A stretch of 63,332 bases of DNA, filler included, from Octopus bimaculoides (GCF_001194135.2; 3 parts of 3 records of this genome joined end to end with filler, not necessarily neighbours in it), one strand, 5' to 3'. Counted from the whole stretch's first letter, positions 36,996 to 50,504 are shown. Notes: generated from the sequence alone by a model not told the origin. Program-made: numbers and translations.

Positions 36996-39900
36996 CACTA
37001 GTGCACTTCAATATGAATGCCATAAATGACTTAGCACAAAGCATTAGGCTTTTGAGTGACTTTTATAGTAATCTCAATTGATAGAAATATTGATGGATTC
37101 TTCCGTCGAAGAACGTTCAGTTTTATTTTGCATCGTTTTTTTTTTTGTTTTTTTCTTTTGTCAAAAAACCTCCACAAAGGATTTGTTTCTAGCGATCAAA
37201 TCCTCGGGGCGCACGTTAGCTCACTTTCTCTCTCCATCAAATCGACGATGTCTGGACAGGTTTACGATGTATCACTCGTCAGGTGTCGAAGCGATCGCAG
37301 TGCATCCTGAGAAGAAGTGTTTTTCACAACCGCCCCGTCGAGGAATTTATAGCACGTTATACATATAAGGGTCTAACTTTTCAATAGAAAAACATACATA
37401 TAGACATCCCCCTACTCCACCTCCATCCCATATATAATCTAGCGCACGCACTCGGATTCCCCTACTCGATTTTTAATACCTCCACCGAAAGAATACGAAT
37501 TTCAGAAGATGCTCAGATAAGAAATTTTGTCTTTTCAACCTCGTTCATCTGTTCCTCTATTTCTGCACATATCATAAACCCCTTATTAGTTCTTTTCATC
37601 ATTCAATCTATTGCATTACCATGAAAACAATCGTTAATCGTCACATACTCATTTATTCAAGTTTATCACATCGTCGCTTATTTGTCTAATTTTGTCACTG
37701 ATTCGCCGACCGAAAATTCTAAGATTTTTCAATTCTATTTCACTATTATCGGCATTTGCTGTTTCACTAAATTATGTTAACCAAAATCCCAAAAGAATAT
37801 GTTTCTCCCTCGTGTTTGGCCCCATCTCTCTCTGTGCCTCACTCTGTCTCTCTGTTTCGTTTACCACTTGCTTCGCCAATACTTTCCGCCTCCTCCACTA
37901 CCACCACCATCCTACATAACCTAGCACACGCACTCGGATGCCCTACTCGATTTTTTATAACTCCCCCGAAAGAATACAAATACAGAAGATTCTCTCGTCT
38001 AAATCTGCTATCTCGCGGTACACCTGCCCTTCCACCCCTCCACATGTACCGGATGTTCCTCTCCGTCATCCTTAGGTGATCTCTCATGAACACTTCGCCA
38101 TCCTCACCTTCTACTTGGGGTTTATCTCCCATGTAAGGTAGTGGTCATATAGTGCATAAAAATGAGGTGTAGTGTATGCAGCTTGAAGGCTATTGTTTGT
38201 TTTATGAATCCTGCCAAATGCGAGCTTTCTTTTCAGGTACATGATGCTGCTGTCCCCCATCCCAGAGCCTCACGGGCCCACACCTCCCACACCCAAAGAG
38301 TTGGCACACTCAATGTCGGCACACTGAAAGTTAGGTCTGGTGAGATTGTTGAGATGCTTGAACGGAGATGTGTCGATATCTGCTGCCTCCGAGAAGTAAG
38401 GTGGAGAGGAGGTTCGGCTAGGTTCCTCACAAACAAAGAACACAGGTACAAGATTTTCTGGGCAGGGAACACTGACGGGGTCGGGGGCGTGGGTATACTT
38501 CTTGCGGAGAAATGGGTGGATAAGGTAATCGAGGTAGTCAGAGTATGCAACAGAATACTTAAGATTAGATTAGTGCTTTATCATGGGTTAGCAACCATTA
38601 TCTCGGGCTATACCCCTCAGCCGGGGTTACCAGATGGGCAGAAAGACCGATTTTATGACACTCTCTTGCAGACTACCTCATTGACGAATGACAGGGACCT
38701 TCTGTTTGTGGCTGGTGACTTCAATGGACATGTTGGACTACATGCAAGGGGGCTTCCCTGGCGTACATGGAGGCTATGGTTTTGGTTCCGCAATGAGGAC
38801 GGAACCAGGCTGCTGGAGTTCTGTGATGGAAATGATCTTATGGTTTGCAATACTAACTTCAACAAACCTGCCAGTCACCTACCGTTCTGGTAGACACACC
38901 AGCCAAATTGACTACATCCTCGCCAGAAAAAGTGACAAATGACTGCTTATAAATGCCAAAACATTCCCAGGCGAAGAATGTACCCCAAAACATAGTTTAG
39001 TAGTTAGCGACTTCAAGATCAGGGCTAAATGGATGCCCAGAAGACGACCAGCATGGAAGAGTAGGGTCGGAAGCCTAAAGATCCTGCGAATGGACAGAGA
39101 TTTAGAAACGTATTACTCGAAGCCTTTGACGAAATAGAAGGGATATAGCATCACACAATGTAGAAGACAACTGGAGGTTTCTACGAAACAACCTGCTGAG
39201 AGCCACCGACCAGATCTGTGGATGGTGTAAAGACTCCTCTTGACCCAAGGTAACGTGGTGGTGGAACAATGTTGTTGACAGGGCTATCAGAGAAAAGAAA
39301 CAGGCTCGGAAGGACTGGAAGAACGGTGGCAGCAGGGAATTACATAAGACTGCCAAAATGGAAGCAAGGAGACAGGTTTACTTAGCCAGAGGGGAAGCGG
39401 ATAAGAAATAAATTGCCAATGTTCTGCGCCGTGAGGACCAAAGACTTGAGGTATTTCGTGTTGCAAAACAGTGTGTGAGAGAGAATCGTGATGTCGTGGG
39501 AGAGAAATGTATTCACATGGATGATGGTACGCTTGCACTAAACGAGGCTGCAAAGAAAGAGGTTTGGAGACGCCACTACGAAAGATTGCTCAATAAAGAG
39601 AATGAATGGGAGAACGAGAGTCTACCGAATGTCGACCCAATAGAGGGACCAGCTCTCCGAATTGACAGTATCTTGGTAGATAAAGCAATTAAGAGTATGA
39701 AGACAGGGAAAGCCCCCAGCCCATCAGGAATCACTGCAGAGATGCTCAAGATATCGGGCGGTGTCGGCTATAGCCTAGTCACCCGTATTGTTAACCAGGT
39801 AATACATGAAGGAGTCATACCCAATGGCTAGTGTAGAAGCACCATAGTCAACTGCTACAAAGGTAAACGTGACGCTTTAGATACAAATAATTACAGAGGT

Positions 39901-40636
39901 ATCGAGTTGTTGGATTAGGTAATGAAGATCACGGAGAAGGTCATAGTCCAACTAATTGGGGAGAGAGTCAGTTTAGATGAGATGCAGTTTGGGTCCGTGC
40001 CTGGGAAAAGCACCACTGATGCTATATTTCTGATAAGGCAGCTGCAGGAGAAATACCTAGCCAAAGATAAACCTTTGTATCTGGCTTTCGTTGTCATGGA
40101 GAAAGCCTTTGATAGGGTCCCCGTTCCCTTATCTGGTGGCCAATGAGGAAACTAGGGATAGATGAATGGTTAGTGAGAGTTGTGAAAGCCATGTTCAAGG
40201 ACGCTGTCAGTAAGGTGAGGGTTGGCAACGAGTACAGTGAAGAATTCCATGTAGAGGTAGGGGTCCACCAAGGTTCAGTACTCAGCCCCTTCCTATTTAT
40301 CATAGTCCTCCAGAGGAATTCAAGACAGGATGCCCCTGGGAGCTCTTCTATACTGATGACCATGTTCTAATTGCTGAGTCACTATCAGAACTAGAGGAGA
40401 AGTTTCAGGTGTGGAAGCAAAGATTAGAATCGAAGGGCCTTAGAGTCAACCTGGCTAAAATCAAAGTCCTAATAAGTAGAAAGGCAAACAAACCACAAAT
40501 CCCTTCAGGTAGATGACCCTGCTCGATCTGTAGAAAAGGCGTAGGTAGAAACTATATAAGATGTACCCAGTGTAAGCTATGGACACATAAGAGGTGCAGC
40601 AATATCAAAGGAAGGCTAACTGGGAAGATAGTTTTT

Positions 40637-40869
40637 TATTTCTTTATTGTCCACATGGAGCTAAACATAGAGGGGACAAACAAGGACAGACAAAGGGATT
40701 AAGTCGATTACATCGACTTCAGTGCGTAACTGGTACTTAATTTATCGACCTCGAAAGGATGAAAGGCAAAGTCGACCTCGGCGAATTTGAACTCGGAACG
40801 TAACGGCAGACGAAATACCGCTAAGCATTTCCCTCCGACGTGTTAACGTTTCTGCCAGCTCGCCGCCTT
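40637..40869 (-). mobile_element. SINE family A inserted into the RTE LINE, with 17-bp TSD
   Basis: Full-length reverse complement of family A. TSD CTGG(G/A)AAGATAGTTTTT at 40620-40636 and 40870-40886. Confidence 0.95.
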
Positions 40870-41799
40870 CTGGAAAGATAGTTTTTGTATGTGGCAGATG
40901 CTCAGGAACAATAAACACTGAAAATGTGCAGAGAACAACTTCTGCCACATTCCAGGGAGAAAAACTACAAGTAGNNNNNNNNNNNNNNNNNNNNNNNNNN
41001 NNNNNNNNNNNNNNNNNNNNNNNNNNNNNNNNNNNNNNNNNNNNNNNNNNNNNNNNNNNNNNNNNNNNNNNNNNNNNNNNNNNNNNNNNNNNNNNNNNNN
41101 NNNNNNNNNNNNNNNNNNNNNNNNNNNNNNNNNNNNNNNNNNNNNNNNNNNNNNNNNNNNNNNNNNNNNNNNNNNNNNNNNNNNNNNNNNNNNNNNNNNN
41201 NNNNNNNNNNNNNNNNNNNNNNNNNNNNNNNNNNNNNNNNNNNNNNNNNNNNNNNNNNNNNNNNNNNNNNNNNNNNNNNNNNNNNNNNNNNNNNNNNNNN
41301 NNNNNNNNNNNNNNNNNNNNNNNNNNNNNNNNNNNNNNNNNNNNNNNNNNNNNNNNNNNNNNNNNNNNNNNNNNNNNNNNNNNNNNNNNNNNNNNNNNNN
41401 NNNNNNNNNNNNNNNNNNNNNNNNNNNNNNNNNNNNNNNNNNNNGTGAGAATAGATGAGGATAGCTGTGTGGAAAAGTGTCACACCTTCGCGGTTGAGGG
41501 AACCCGTGGAAGAGGCAGGCCCAAGAAAACCTGGGATGAGGTGGTGAAGCACGACCTCCGAACATTAGGCCTCACCGAGGCAATGACTTGTGACCGAGAC
41601 CTTTGGAAATATGCTGTGCTTGAGAAGACCCGGCAAGCCAAGTGAGACCATAACCCGTGGCCTTTGCCAGTGGTGTAACCAGCCCATTTATGCGTACCTT
41701 TCCTTCATTGGACACTAAACTCTACTTGCGAAGACCTGTTGAGGCAAGTGAAATCGAAATTGAAATCAAATTTGATGACAGCACCGCATGATTGACATC

Positions 41800-42085
41800 C
41801 GTGCCAGTGGAGCGCTAAGAACACCACCCGATCGTAATCGTTGCCAGGGCTGCTGACTGGATCCCGTGCCGATGGCATGTAAATCGCACCATTCCAGCGT
41901 GATCGTTACAAGCGTTGCCTTACTGGTACTTGTGCCAGTGGCACGTGGAAAACAACATTTGAGCGAGGTCATGCCAGTGCCGCTGGACTGGCACCTGTGC
42001 AGGTGGTACGTAAAAATACCATTTGAACGTGGCCGTTGCCAGTGCCGCTTGACTGTCCCTCGTGCCGGTGCACGTAAAAGCACTC
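41800..42085 (+). repeat. About 65-bp diverged tandem subrepeat (4 full units plus a partial) in the RTE 3' region
   Basis: Units start at 41800, 41865, 41931, 41996 and 42061, each roughly YGTGCCRGTGGCACGTAAAA..CACCATT..AGCGTG..CGTTGCCAGTGC.GCT.GACTGG. Confidence 0.85.
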
Positions 42086-45000
42086 ACTACGCTCTCGGAG
42101 TGGTTGGCGTTAGGAAGGGCATCCAACTGTAGAAACTCTGCCAGATCAGATTGAAGCCTGGTGTAGCTATCTGGATCGACAGTCCTCAGTCAAACTCTCT
42201 AACCCTTGCCAGCATGGAAGCGGACGATAAACGATGATATACATATATATATATATATATATACATATATATATANNNNNNNNNNNNNNNNNNNNNNNNN
42301 NNNNNNNNNNNNNNNNNNNTTAATTAATTAANNNNNNNNNNNNNNNNNNNNNNNNNNNNNNNNNNNNNNNNNNNNTATATATATATATATATGTATATGT
42401 ATATATATAGATTTACATGGATCACTGACTCAATGCTGCAATTACACTAAGAATACTCAGTATCTAGCGAGAAATATTTCAGTAAATTGGACCGGCCATT
42501 TTGTATGTGAAATGATTTAGCCAGAACGAGATTGTTATGGTGGCAAGATGCTGATATAGACCTTCGGCCCCTCGGCTGGTGTTTTTTGATCCTTTTGATT
42601 TAGAACTCCATAGCTCTTATTGAATCAACAATGAATACTAAAAGAGGAAGTTTTATTTCCTGTTATTACACTCGGTTACGTTTTACATCGATGTACGTCA
42701 GATGAAAGTTGAAAAATGACAAGATATATGATTTTATAAATGAATATCAACATCTAATAAAAGTAATATTTGGTAAACTACAGTATTATAACAACATAAA
42801 AAATATCAATCTTCGACAGTGCACTTATTTGTGAGATTTTTGGATGGAAAGATACAAAGGTCAACAAACTTCTTTGATATTTCTATAATTTTCTTTTTGG
42901 CTTCATGAGATAAAATCACGTTGAGACGAGAAATGGGTGAATCACGAGATTAAACAAATGCAAAATTAAAAGACAGAAAAAACCCCCCAGAAGAAATCGA
43001 AGGAAACAAATTCAGAAAATAAGAAATAAATGAAAGGAAAACCTTTTTGTATCCTTAAACGATATTTTTCATTGGAAGACTTTTCGTTATATTTGCTTTG
43101 TGATATCATTATAGTATGTAATTTATCTATAGGAAAGACAGATTAATTTCTTTTGCTTTCAATGTATGATTAATCTGATATTCTTTCTTCGTTTTCTCCT
43201 TATTATTATTTCATTTTTATTCTTTTCCCATCTCTTTTTCTGTCTGTCTGTCTCTTATTTTCTACATTATCTCCTATTTTTAATTATCATCATGTTTATC
43301 TCACTTCATTATTACATTCCTAGTGTGATTATATATATATATATNNNNNNNNNNTATATATACATGCATACTTATACATACATACTTGTATGTATGTATG
43401 AATGTATGTATGATGAATGTATGTCTTTGATCGTGAGTGTTTAAAAATTACCTCTCTATCTGATCATAATATTTCTCATCAGTCTGCAGTATTATATTTA
43501 ATATAGTTATTGTTAGTATTATTCTTATGATATTGTTGGTATAGTCATAGTTGTTGCTATAGATAATATAGTTTCACTTGTTCGTTCCCTGTTGCATCCG
43601 TTGCTTTGCTAAAAAAAGCAAAAACAACAAATAGAAGATAATAATAATAATAATAATAATCCTGCGAACTTGCCATTTCTCATTTGTGATTCCATGACTA
43701 TGGTTTGGAACGTTCTAGCAAGTGGTTCATTAAACAAAATATTTGTATCATTCTGCCTCAGGATTTTCTAAGGTTTATGAACGCGTTTCTATTTTTACAC
43801 GTTGCCCTATCAAAAAAAAAAAAGGCATTACTTTCTCTAAAAATATCACTTTCTCTAATGAACCGATGCTGAAATACCAACTCTAATGTAAAAGAAAGAA
43901 AGAAAAAATAAATAAAAGCAATTAGATAAAAAAGACAAAAATCTTCAAAAACCAAACAAAAACCCCAACACAAAACAAAAATCATACATATCTTCTGGAA
44001 AGTTCTTAAACCAACAAACTTAGATATCTTTATAACTAGTTTTATACAGATAACTTTCTGATGTAGTTCATTACATATAAGGGAAATTGGGACGTGTCCA
44101 ACTCCCCACCCTTCTATCTCTTCCTCTTTCCATCCTNNNNNNNNNNNNNNNNNNNNNNNNNNNNNNNNNNNNNNNNNNNNNNNNNNNNNNNNNNNNNNNN
44201 NNNNNNNNNNNNNNNNNNNNNNNNNNNNNNNNNNNNNNNNNNNNNNNNNNNNNNNNNNNNNNNNNNNNNNNNNNNNNNNNNNNNNNNNNNNNNNNNNNNN
44301 NNNNNNNNNNNNNNNNNNNNNNNNNNNNNNNNNNNNNNNNNNNNNNNNNNNNNNNNNNNNNNNNNNNNNNNNNNNNNNNNNNNNNNNNNNNNNNNNNNNN
44401 NNNNNNNNNNNNNNNNNNNNNNNNNNNNNNNNNNNNNNNNNNNNNNNNNNNNNNNNNNNNNNNNNNNNNNNNNNNNNNNNNNNNNNNNNNNNNNNNNNNN
44501 NNNNNNNNNNNNNNNNNNNNNNNNNNNNNNNNNNNNNNNNNNNNNNNNNNNNNNNNNNNNNNNNNNNNNNNNNNNNNNNNNNNNNNNNNNNNNNNNNNNN
44601 NNNNNNNNNNNNNNNNNNNNNNNNNNNNNNNNNATTTATATATTGTTGCACACTGCAGTCTCCTGATACCACCAACACGGCTCCAACAGTCTGCTAGCAA
44701 AATCGCAGGCAACCCAGCAACCCAACTTGCCTAGAGAAGACGAAGTAGTCAAAGAAGTCAGAAGAGTTGACAATAACGAACAAAACCGTTGAGTATAAGC
44801 AATATAAAAGAACTTTAGTTAAGAGGCGAATAAAATTTTATGAATATATTTTGGTGAGTTCTTTCATCTACCACTAAAACATGCAAAATAGACTTCTTTT
44901 GATGAGCTCTTCTTTTATTCACCCGCCAAATGATTTATTTTCTATTTTCTTCGATTGGACTCTGTTGTAACTTCCGATTCACATTAGTTCGGTAGCCGTC

Positions 45001-45569
45001 TTCACACTCCACGTTCTTTACGTCATCAACTGATACTCTGAGTTACTTTACTAGTTCAAATCACCCACCTTAGAGCAAAGACTCTTTACATTGACTGAAT
45101 GAAATCAACCGTCGCATAAGCTGCTCACATCTACCGTTTCACATCGACCACCTGCATACACTGCTCACGTTGACAACTTCCACTCGACACCAACTACTGT
45201 CTCAGCTGTTACACACGAACCTACGTTGCTAGAAATAAGAGCTAAAAAGCTCTAATATTGTGGTTAAAGCACATAATTGTATACATGCGTTGTGATGGAA
45301 CGTAATCGCCCGAAAGCAACGGTCGAGACTTCTCTATACTAATCAGTGTGCTTCGGTTAATTCCGTAGGCTCATCAGTACGGATCACTCGACGCTGGACT
45401 CGCTTCTCTGTCAGTGTATGTATTCATCATGAAAATCTATGAATGAATTGGCGAATCGCTACCCTGTATAAATAGTCTAATATAGATAGCTGTGTGCAAT
45501 ATTTTACCAAAGGAAGACTATAATTGTCACTAAATATGACTAGGGTGTTAGAACAGCTACACTGCCAAT

Positions 45570-45629
<60 letters not shown>

Positions 45630-46299
45630 NNNNNNNNNNNNNNNNNNNNNNNNNNNNNNNNNNNNNNNNNNNNNNNNNNNNNNNNNNNNNNNNNNNNNNN
45701 NNNNNNNNNNNNNNNNNNNNNNNNNNNNNNNNNNNNNNNNNNNNNNNNNNNNNNNNNNNNNNNNNNNNNNNNNNNNNNNNNNNNNNNNNNNNNNNNNNNN
45801 NNNNNNNNNNNNNNNNNNNNNNNNNNNNNNNNNNNNNNNNNNNNNNNNNNNNNNNNNNNNNNNNNNNNNNNNNNNNNNNNNNNNNNNNNNNNNNNNNNNN
45901 NNNNNNNNNNNNNNNNNNNNNNNNNNNNNNNNNNNNNNNNNNNNNNNNNNNNNNNNNNNNNNNNNNNNNNNNNNNNNNNNNNNNNNNNNNNNNNNNNNNN
46001 NNNNNNNNNNNNNNNNNNNNNNNNNNNNNNNNNNNNNNNNNNNNNNNNNNNNNNNNNNNNNNNNNNNNNNNNNNNNNNNNNNNNNNNNNNNNNNNNNNNN
46101 NNNNNNNNNNNNNNNNNNNNNNNNNNNNNNNNNNNNNNNNNNNNNNNNNNNNNNNNNNNNNNNNATATATATATATATATATACATACGCACACACATCC
46201 AGTGGTAATGCAGAATTCTGCATCAGCGTATAGTAACGGAAATGTTGAGGCACAATCTTTGGCCGGACTCATTCCATGACTATACGTTCGTTACATTAA

Positions 46300-46900
46300 T
46301 GACTGATTCGGTGCCATCTTTCTTACTTTCGATACTCCCATCAACAACATTGACCCTGTCATATATTTTACATTCACCATCTTCACTAATTCAGATAACG
46401 TTTTGCAAATCTCCGTCTGTAATGATCATCACTGCTTTGCCTCTGTTTTTCTTTTTACTAACCAGCCGATTCCTTTTCCTAATTACATTTTACTTCTTTC
46501 CACCCCACTCTTACTAAATATGCAATTACGTAAAACTCTATAATTATGACCCCCAACTTTTGAAACCCACTCGCACCAAATGGTTCTCTTCTTCACCCAA
46601 TGTGGTTTCTCTCAACTAGTCTTTAAGGATACCCGCCGTCGAACCTGCGCAATTGACAGTGCCCTTTACATTATATCAGCCCTACCACCAACTGTGTTTC
46701 CTTTATCTTCTACAGTTCTTTCTCTTACCGTCTCTCCAACACTTATTTTTTTCCGGTCTCACCCCACTACTTCCCAGAAATTCTCTCAGTACACCTCCCT
46801 TTAGATGGACTACAATATTTGTGCTCATCTGGTTCATTAGCCTTTTCATGTTTTACTATACTCTCACTACACCCTCTATCTATTCTCGTTCTCGCAGCAT
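46300..46900 (+). mobile_element. Degenerate CR1/L2-like LINE endonuclease fragment
   Basis: FCKSPS (YRSPS-like) and FFTQCGFSQLVFKDTRRRTCAIDSAL (QLV..PTR...LD-like); C/T-rich strand. Confidence 0.45.
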
Positions 46901-47098
46901 GTTGGTTGAAATATCGTTGCATACACCCAAATGCGTGCGTCTATTCGCATAAGAATCTCATATGGGCAGTTTTTGAAATGTCTTGTAAATCTTCACTATG
47001 CAACTAATAGATTGGATTTAGAGAATCCGCGTCAGTTTTTTTTAATACCTATATGTATGTATGTGTATATGTATGTGTGTATGTATGTATGTATGTAT

Positions 47099-48320
47099 GT
47101 CATTGTTCAGTTTTATTTCAAGATTTCTTGAAATAAAGAAAGAGCCAATAGTGAAAGAACCGGTTTCTAACCTAGATCCAAGGCTCCTTTATTGAAATTT
47201 CATCATCAACAGCAGGGTATTTTTTGTTTTGTATGTATGTATGAATGTATATATGCGGATTTGTATGTTTTGTTTTATGTATGTATTCTCATATAGTTGC
47301 ATATCTAGAATTGCTCATGTATATTCAAATAACTTCTGGAAGGTTTTACAGATTTTTACAGTTCTAGTGATGGATTGGATCTATAGTCTTCGAATTAGCT
47401 TTCTGCTTTCCTGTTTTGAGACGACTAATTTCTCAAGAATGGCATTTAGACAGTGTGTTACATATCCCAGTGTCCCAGTAATTACAGGAATAAACGTGAA
47501 CTTGTAATCTGGATAGAGTAACTGCAGATTTCTCAATCTTTCAGCATGGGTGTTCTCTTTTTCACTGATCTTCAGTTTTATGTTAACATCTGCTGGACAG
47601 CTAATTTCCACAACTGTACACAGTTTCTTTTCTCTGTCCCAAGTCATTATATCAGGTCTGTTATGCTTACATTTTATTGAGGTCTTCACTGGGACATTCC
47701 ACCAGTGTTCCTTTTTATTATGAGCGGCTCTGGTTTCTAACATATTGTGGGTTCTTAGTTCTTTGTCCTCCGGATTATCCTTCTGATGGATTTCATTATA
47801 GTGTGTCCTAGCCACAACACAATGTCTCATCGGTAGATAATACTGTGATGACATTTTGGGCAACTGCTTATGACGTGGGTGATATCTTCAGTATTAACTC
47901 CACAAAGTCTGCATCGGTTGTCACATTCTACTGCTTTTCCTGCAACTCTGTCCCTTTTGTGTATCAGGTATTTGGCTGATATTTCCTGTATCTGGATTGC
48001 AAACGCATACCCTTCAAAGTGGGAGGTATTAATCCAGCAATTGGTCCATGATAGACTGCTTTGATGATCAATGTTACTATCATTATGGAGCTTTCTACTA
48101 ACATATCAATGCATAGTCTTCTGCTCATATAGGCTCATCCTTTCATCTGATGATACGTTCCAGTAGAATCGTGCGACTTCTTTGTGCATGTATTCTAGGT
48201 TATCAAATAAGGAATGATGCTCAATGAGTTACCTTCCAAGTCTCATGGTGTTATCAGCCTCATGTATACAAACTTGCTCATGGGATGCACCTTGACACTT
48301 GGTGGTTAAAAGATGTTACC
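47099..48320 (-). mobile_element. R4/Dong-like RLE non-LTR retrotransposon, family 1, longest copy (CCHC + RLE + 3' UTR)
   Basis: FEGYAFAIQIQEI...CDNRCRLCGVNTEDITHVISSC (C-x2-C-x8-H-x4-C)...KHNRPDIMTWDREKKLCTVVEISCP...EKEN (PD-(D/E)xK nuclease). The 3' end ...AACTGAACAATGAC runs into (ATAC)n. Confidence 0.9.
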
Positions 48321-48854
48321 GAAAGGATATGATACAACATTCAAAGACATTTTGGATCGATATTAAGCCTCTGCCGCTTTGTTTTCGGTTTAGGTAGATG
48401 CGGTCAAGGAATTCACTATCGTTAATGTAAAAAAAAAAGCCAGAAAGGGATAAGAAGAGGAAGTAAAGTTAAAGCAAATATAAGAATAAAATAAATAACT
48501 GGAAAATATATAATATAAAAGAATTTTAGTCAAACTAATTAAACTAATGTGTAAGTGGAGAGCAGGCAGCAAGAAATATAAAGGTTAGACTAAGAAATAT
48601 TATTAAGTTTCAAATAGGGTTAAAACGTCACATGACCTCACTTCCAAGCAGATGGAGCTTTAAGAATGTAAATCACTACATCTGACTGGAAAAATGTTTT
48701 GTGCATGCAGGATATAGCGTTTTTGGGAGGTTTGTTGAGGATAGGCGTGTTAGCGAGGAGTATCACTAATTTTATACACTCTTACACAGATGTAACTTGA
48801 CAGTGGTTTCCGATTTAAGTACTACTCGACCGCCCCCACCCACCCAAGGGGTTG

Positions 48855-49000
48855 GATTAGTCGATGCCAAGGAACCAGGTGCTTGACTGGTACTTTATTT
48901 CAGCGATCTCAAAAGGAAGACAGCGGCAGGATTTGAACCCAGAACTTAAAGAAGAGGAACAAATGCTGCAAAGCATTTTCCGAGTTTCAAATAATTCGAT
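48855..49000 (-). mobile_element. SINE family A, degenerate
   Basis: TTAGTCGATG...GACTGGTACTTTATTT...GGATTTGAACCCAGAAC. Confidence 0.65.
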
Positions 49001-49193
49001 CATTTCAGTGTCTTTAATTCATGATTTAAGCTCAAGGATTCCTCCTCCTCCTCTTCCTCNNNNNNNNNNNNNNNNNNNNNNNNNNNNNNNNNNNNNNNNN
49101 NNNNNNNNNNNNNNNNNNNNNNNNNNNNNNNNNNNNNNNNNNNNNNNNNNNNNNNNNNNNNNNNNNNNNNNNNNNNNNNNNNNNNTCCTCCTC

Positions 49194-49228
<35 letters not shown>

Positions 49229-49261
49229 GGTTTTCAAATCAAAAACAAGGATAGTAACTTT

Positions 49262-49437
49262 TGAGAAGTTGGTTAGTCGATACAATTGACCCAAGTACTT
49301 GACTGGTACTCTATTTTATCGACCCCGAAAGAATGAAAGGCAACGTTTACCTCGACGTGACTGGAACACAGAAAGTAAAGAGCCGGAATATATATTTCTA
49401 AAGATTTTCTCTAACGCTCTAACGATTCTACCACTTC
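49262..49437 (-). mobile_element. SINE family A, degenerate
   Basis: GACTGGTACTCTATTTTATCGACCCCGAAAGAATGAAAGGCAA...CTCTAACGATTCTACCA. Confidence 0.75.
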
Positions 49438-50457
49438 ATCATTTTGATGTAACTTGATAATGCTGTGACAGTTCTTCTAAATGGTCTTGGAAATACATGG
49501 CTGTGCTGGTAGTAACATACTTTACCGGATTAGAGGCCAAACCTATTATATACTTCTAATGACAGGTGCTTTAACAAGAAGTATTTGCAAGCTATATTTC
49601 TTTGTTAGGTAGTATCTGCATTGTGGCAAGAAGTATTTCTTAATTAGTTTGTGACAAGTGAAAGGTTAGAAGGTGGGTTGAACGGGCTGATATTTCTATT
49701 TCAGTTCCGAATTCTAATTCTATGGTAGGATTGCTTAGGTGGTTATTTTACACTTCCAGTCTCTCTGAAGCACTTATAATCCTATTCGCTTGCTATATTT
49801 CTATTCATATTTTATGCTTATAACGGTATGCAATTTGTAACCCAAACTAAAAGCTATGCGGTCTGAATGCTCTAATTGAAAAGCTACTAGGACCCAAGTT
49901 CACACAGGAGCTGGAGTTGTGGTAGCCACTGTTAGCTAGAAGAGAACTGGTAAATCCTAGCTCACCTTCGAGTCAGTAGGTATAATAAACCAAGGAAGGA
50001 GAAGATTTACAGTTCATTTAAAGTAGTTTAATGCTGAAGCGACGTATGTGAAGTAAGAATAATAGCGTCTTACAGCTGTTTCTCGGATGTCCCAAGTAAT
50101 AAATGAATGTGTTGATCAATATTTCTATAAACTGGATATTCTGTCATCAGGGACAAAATATAAGGCGTATAAGAGAATATATATAGAGAAAAATTTTATG
50201 AGATTTACACAAAAGTTGATATTGAGAAATGTGTAGCAAAGTATGAAATTCAAGGTTCGTTGTAGCTTATAGTTTATTATGTTCCGGTGGGTAAGGGTTT
50301 ATCCATATTCCCATAAAAGTACACTTTCTTACGTACATTCCTTGCTTATACGTCTTATAATTTGTTTCCGATGGCAGAATATCCAGTATATGGAAATGCG
50401 GATCAACTCGTGACCCATTGACTGGGATATCTCAGAAACAGCTGTCAGACACTATTG

Positions 50458-50504
<47 letters not shown>

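Larger units (their letters stand above)
38233..42238 (+). mobile_element. Near-full-length RTE-clade LINE pseudogene: APE endonuclease, RT with internal PHD finger, C-terminus and 3' UTR
   Basis: APE motifs GTLNVGTL, DICCLREVRWRG, GVGILL, GDFNGHVG, QIDYIL. RT motifs GKAPSPSG, NYRGI, QFG.VPGKST.DAIF, EKAFDRVP, GVHQGSVLSP, YTDD (40349-40360). C-terminus GRGRPKKTW. Ends AAACGATGAT before (TA)n. Multiple stops and frameshifts; the 5' boundary is uncertain. Confidence 0.95.

Noticed and set aside
44643-44860. Solo-LTR-like segment (TGTTG start, TATA-like motif, AATAAA)
   Set aside because: No matching CA end, TSD or second copy, and the left side abuts a gap.
46208-46223. Perfect 16-bp palindrome ATGCAGAATTCTGCAT
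   Set aside because: About one such palindrome is expected by chance in 60 kb of AT-rich DNA, and there is no supporting context.
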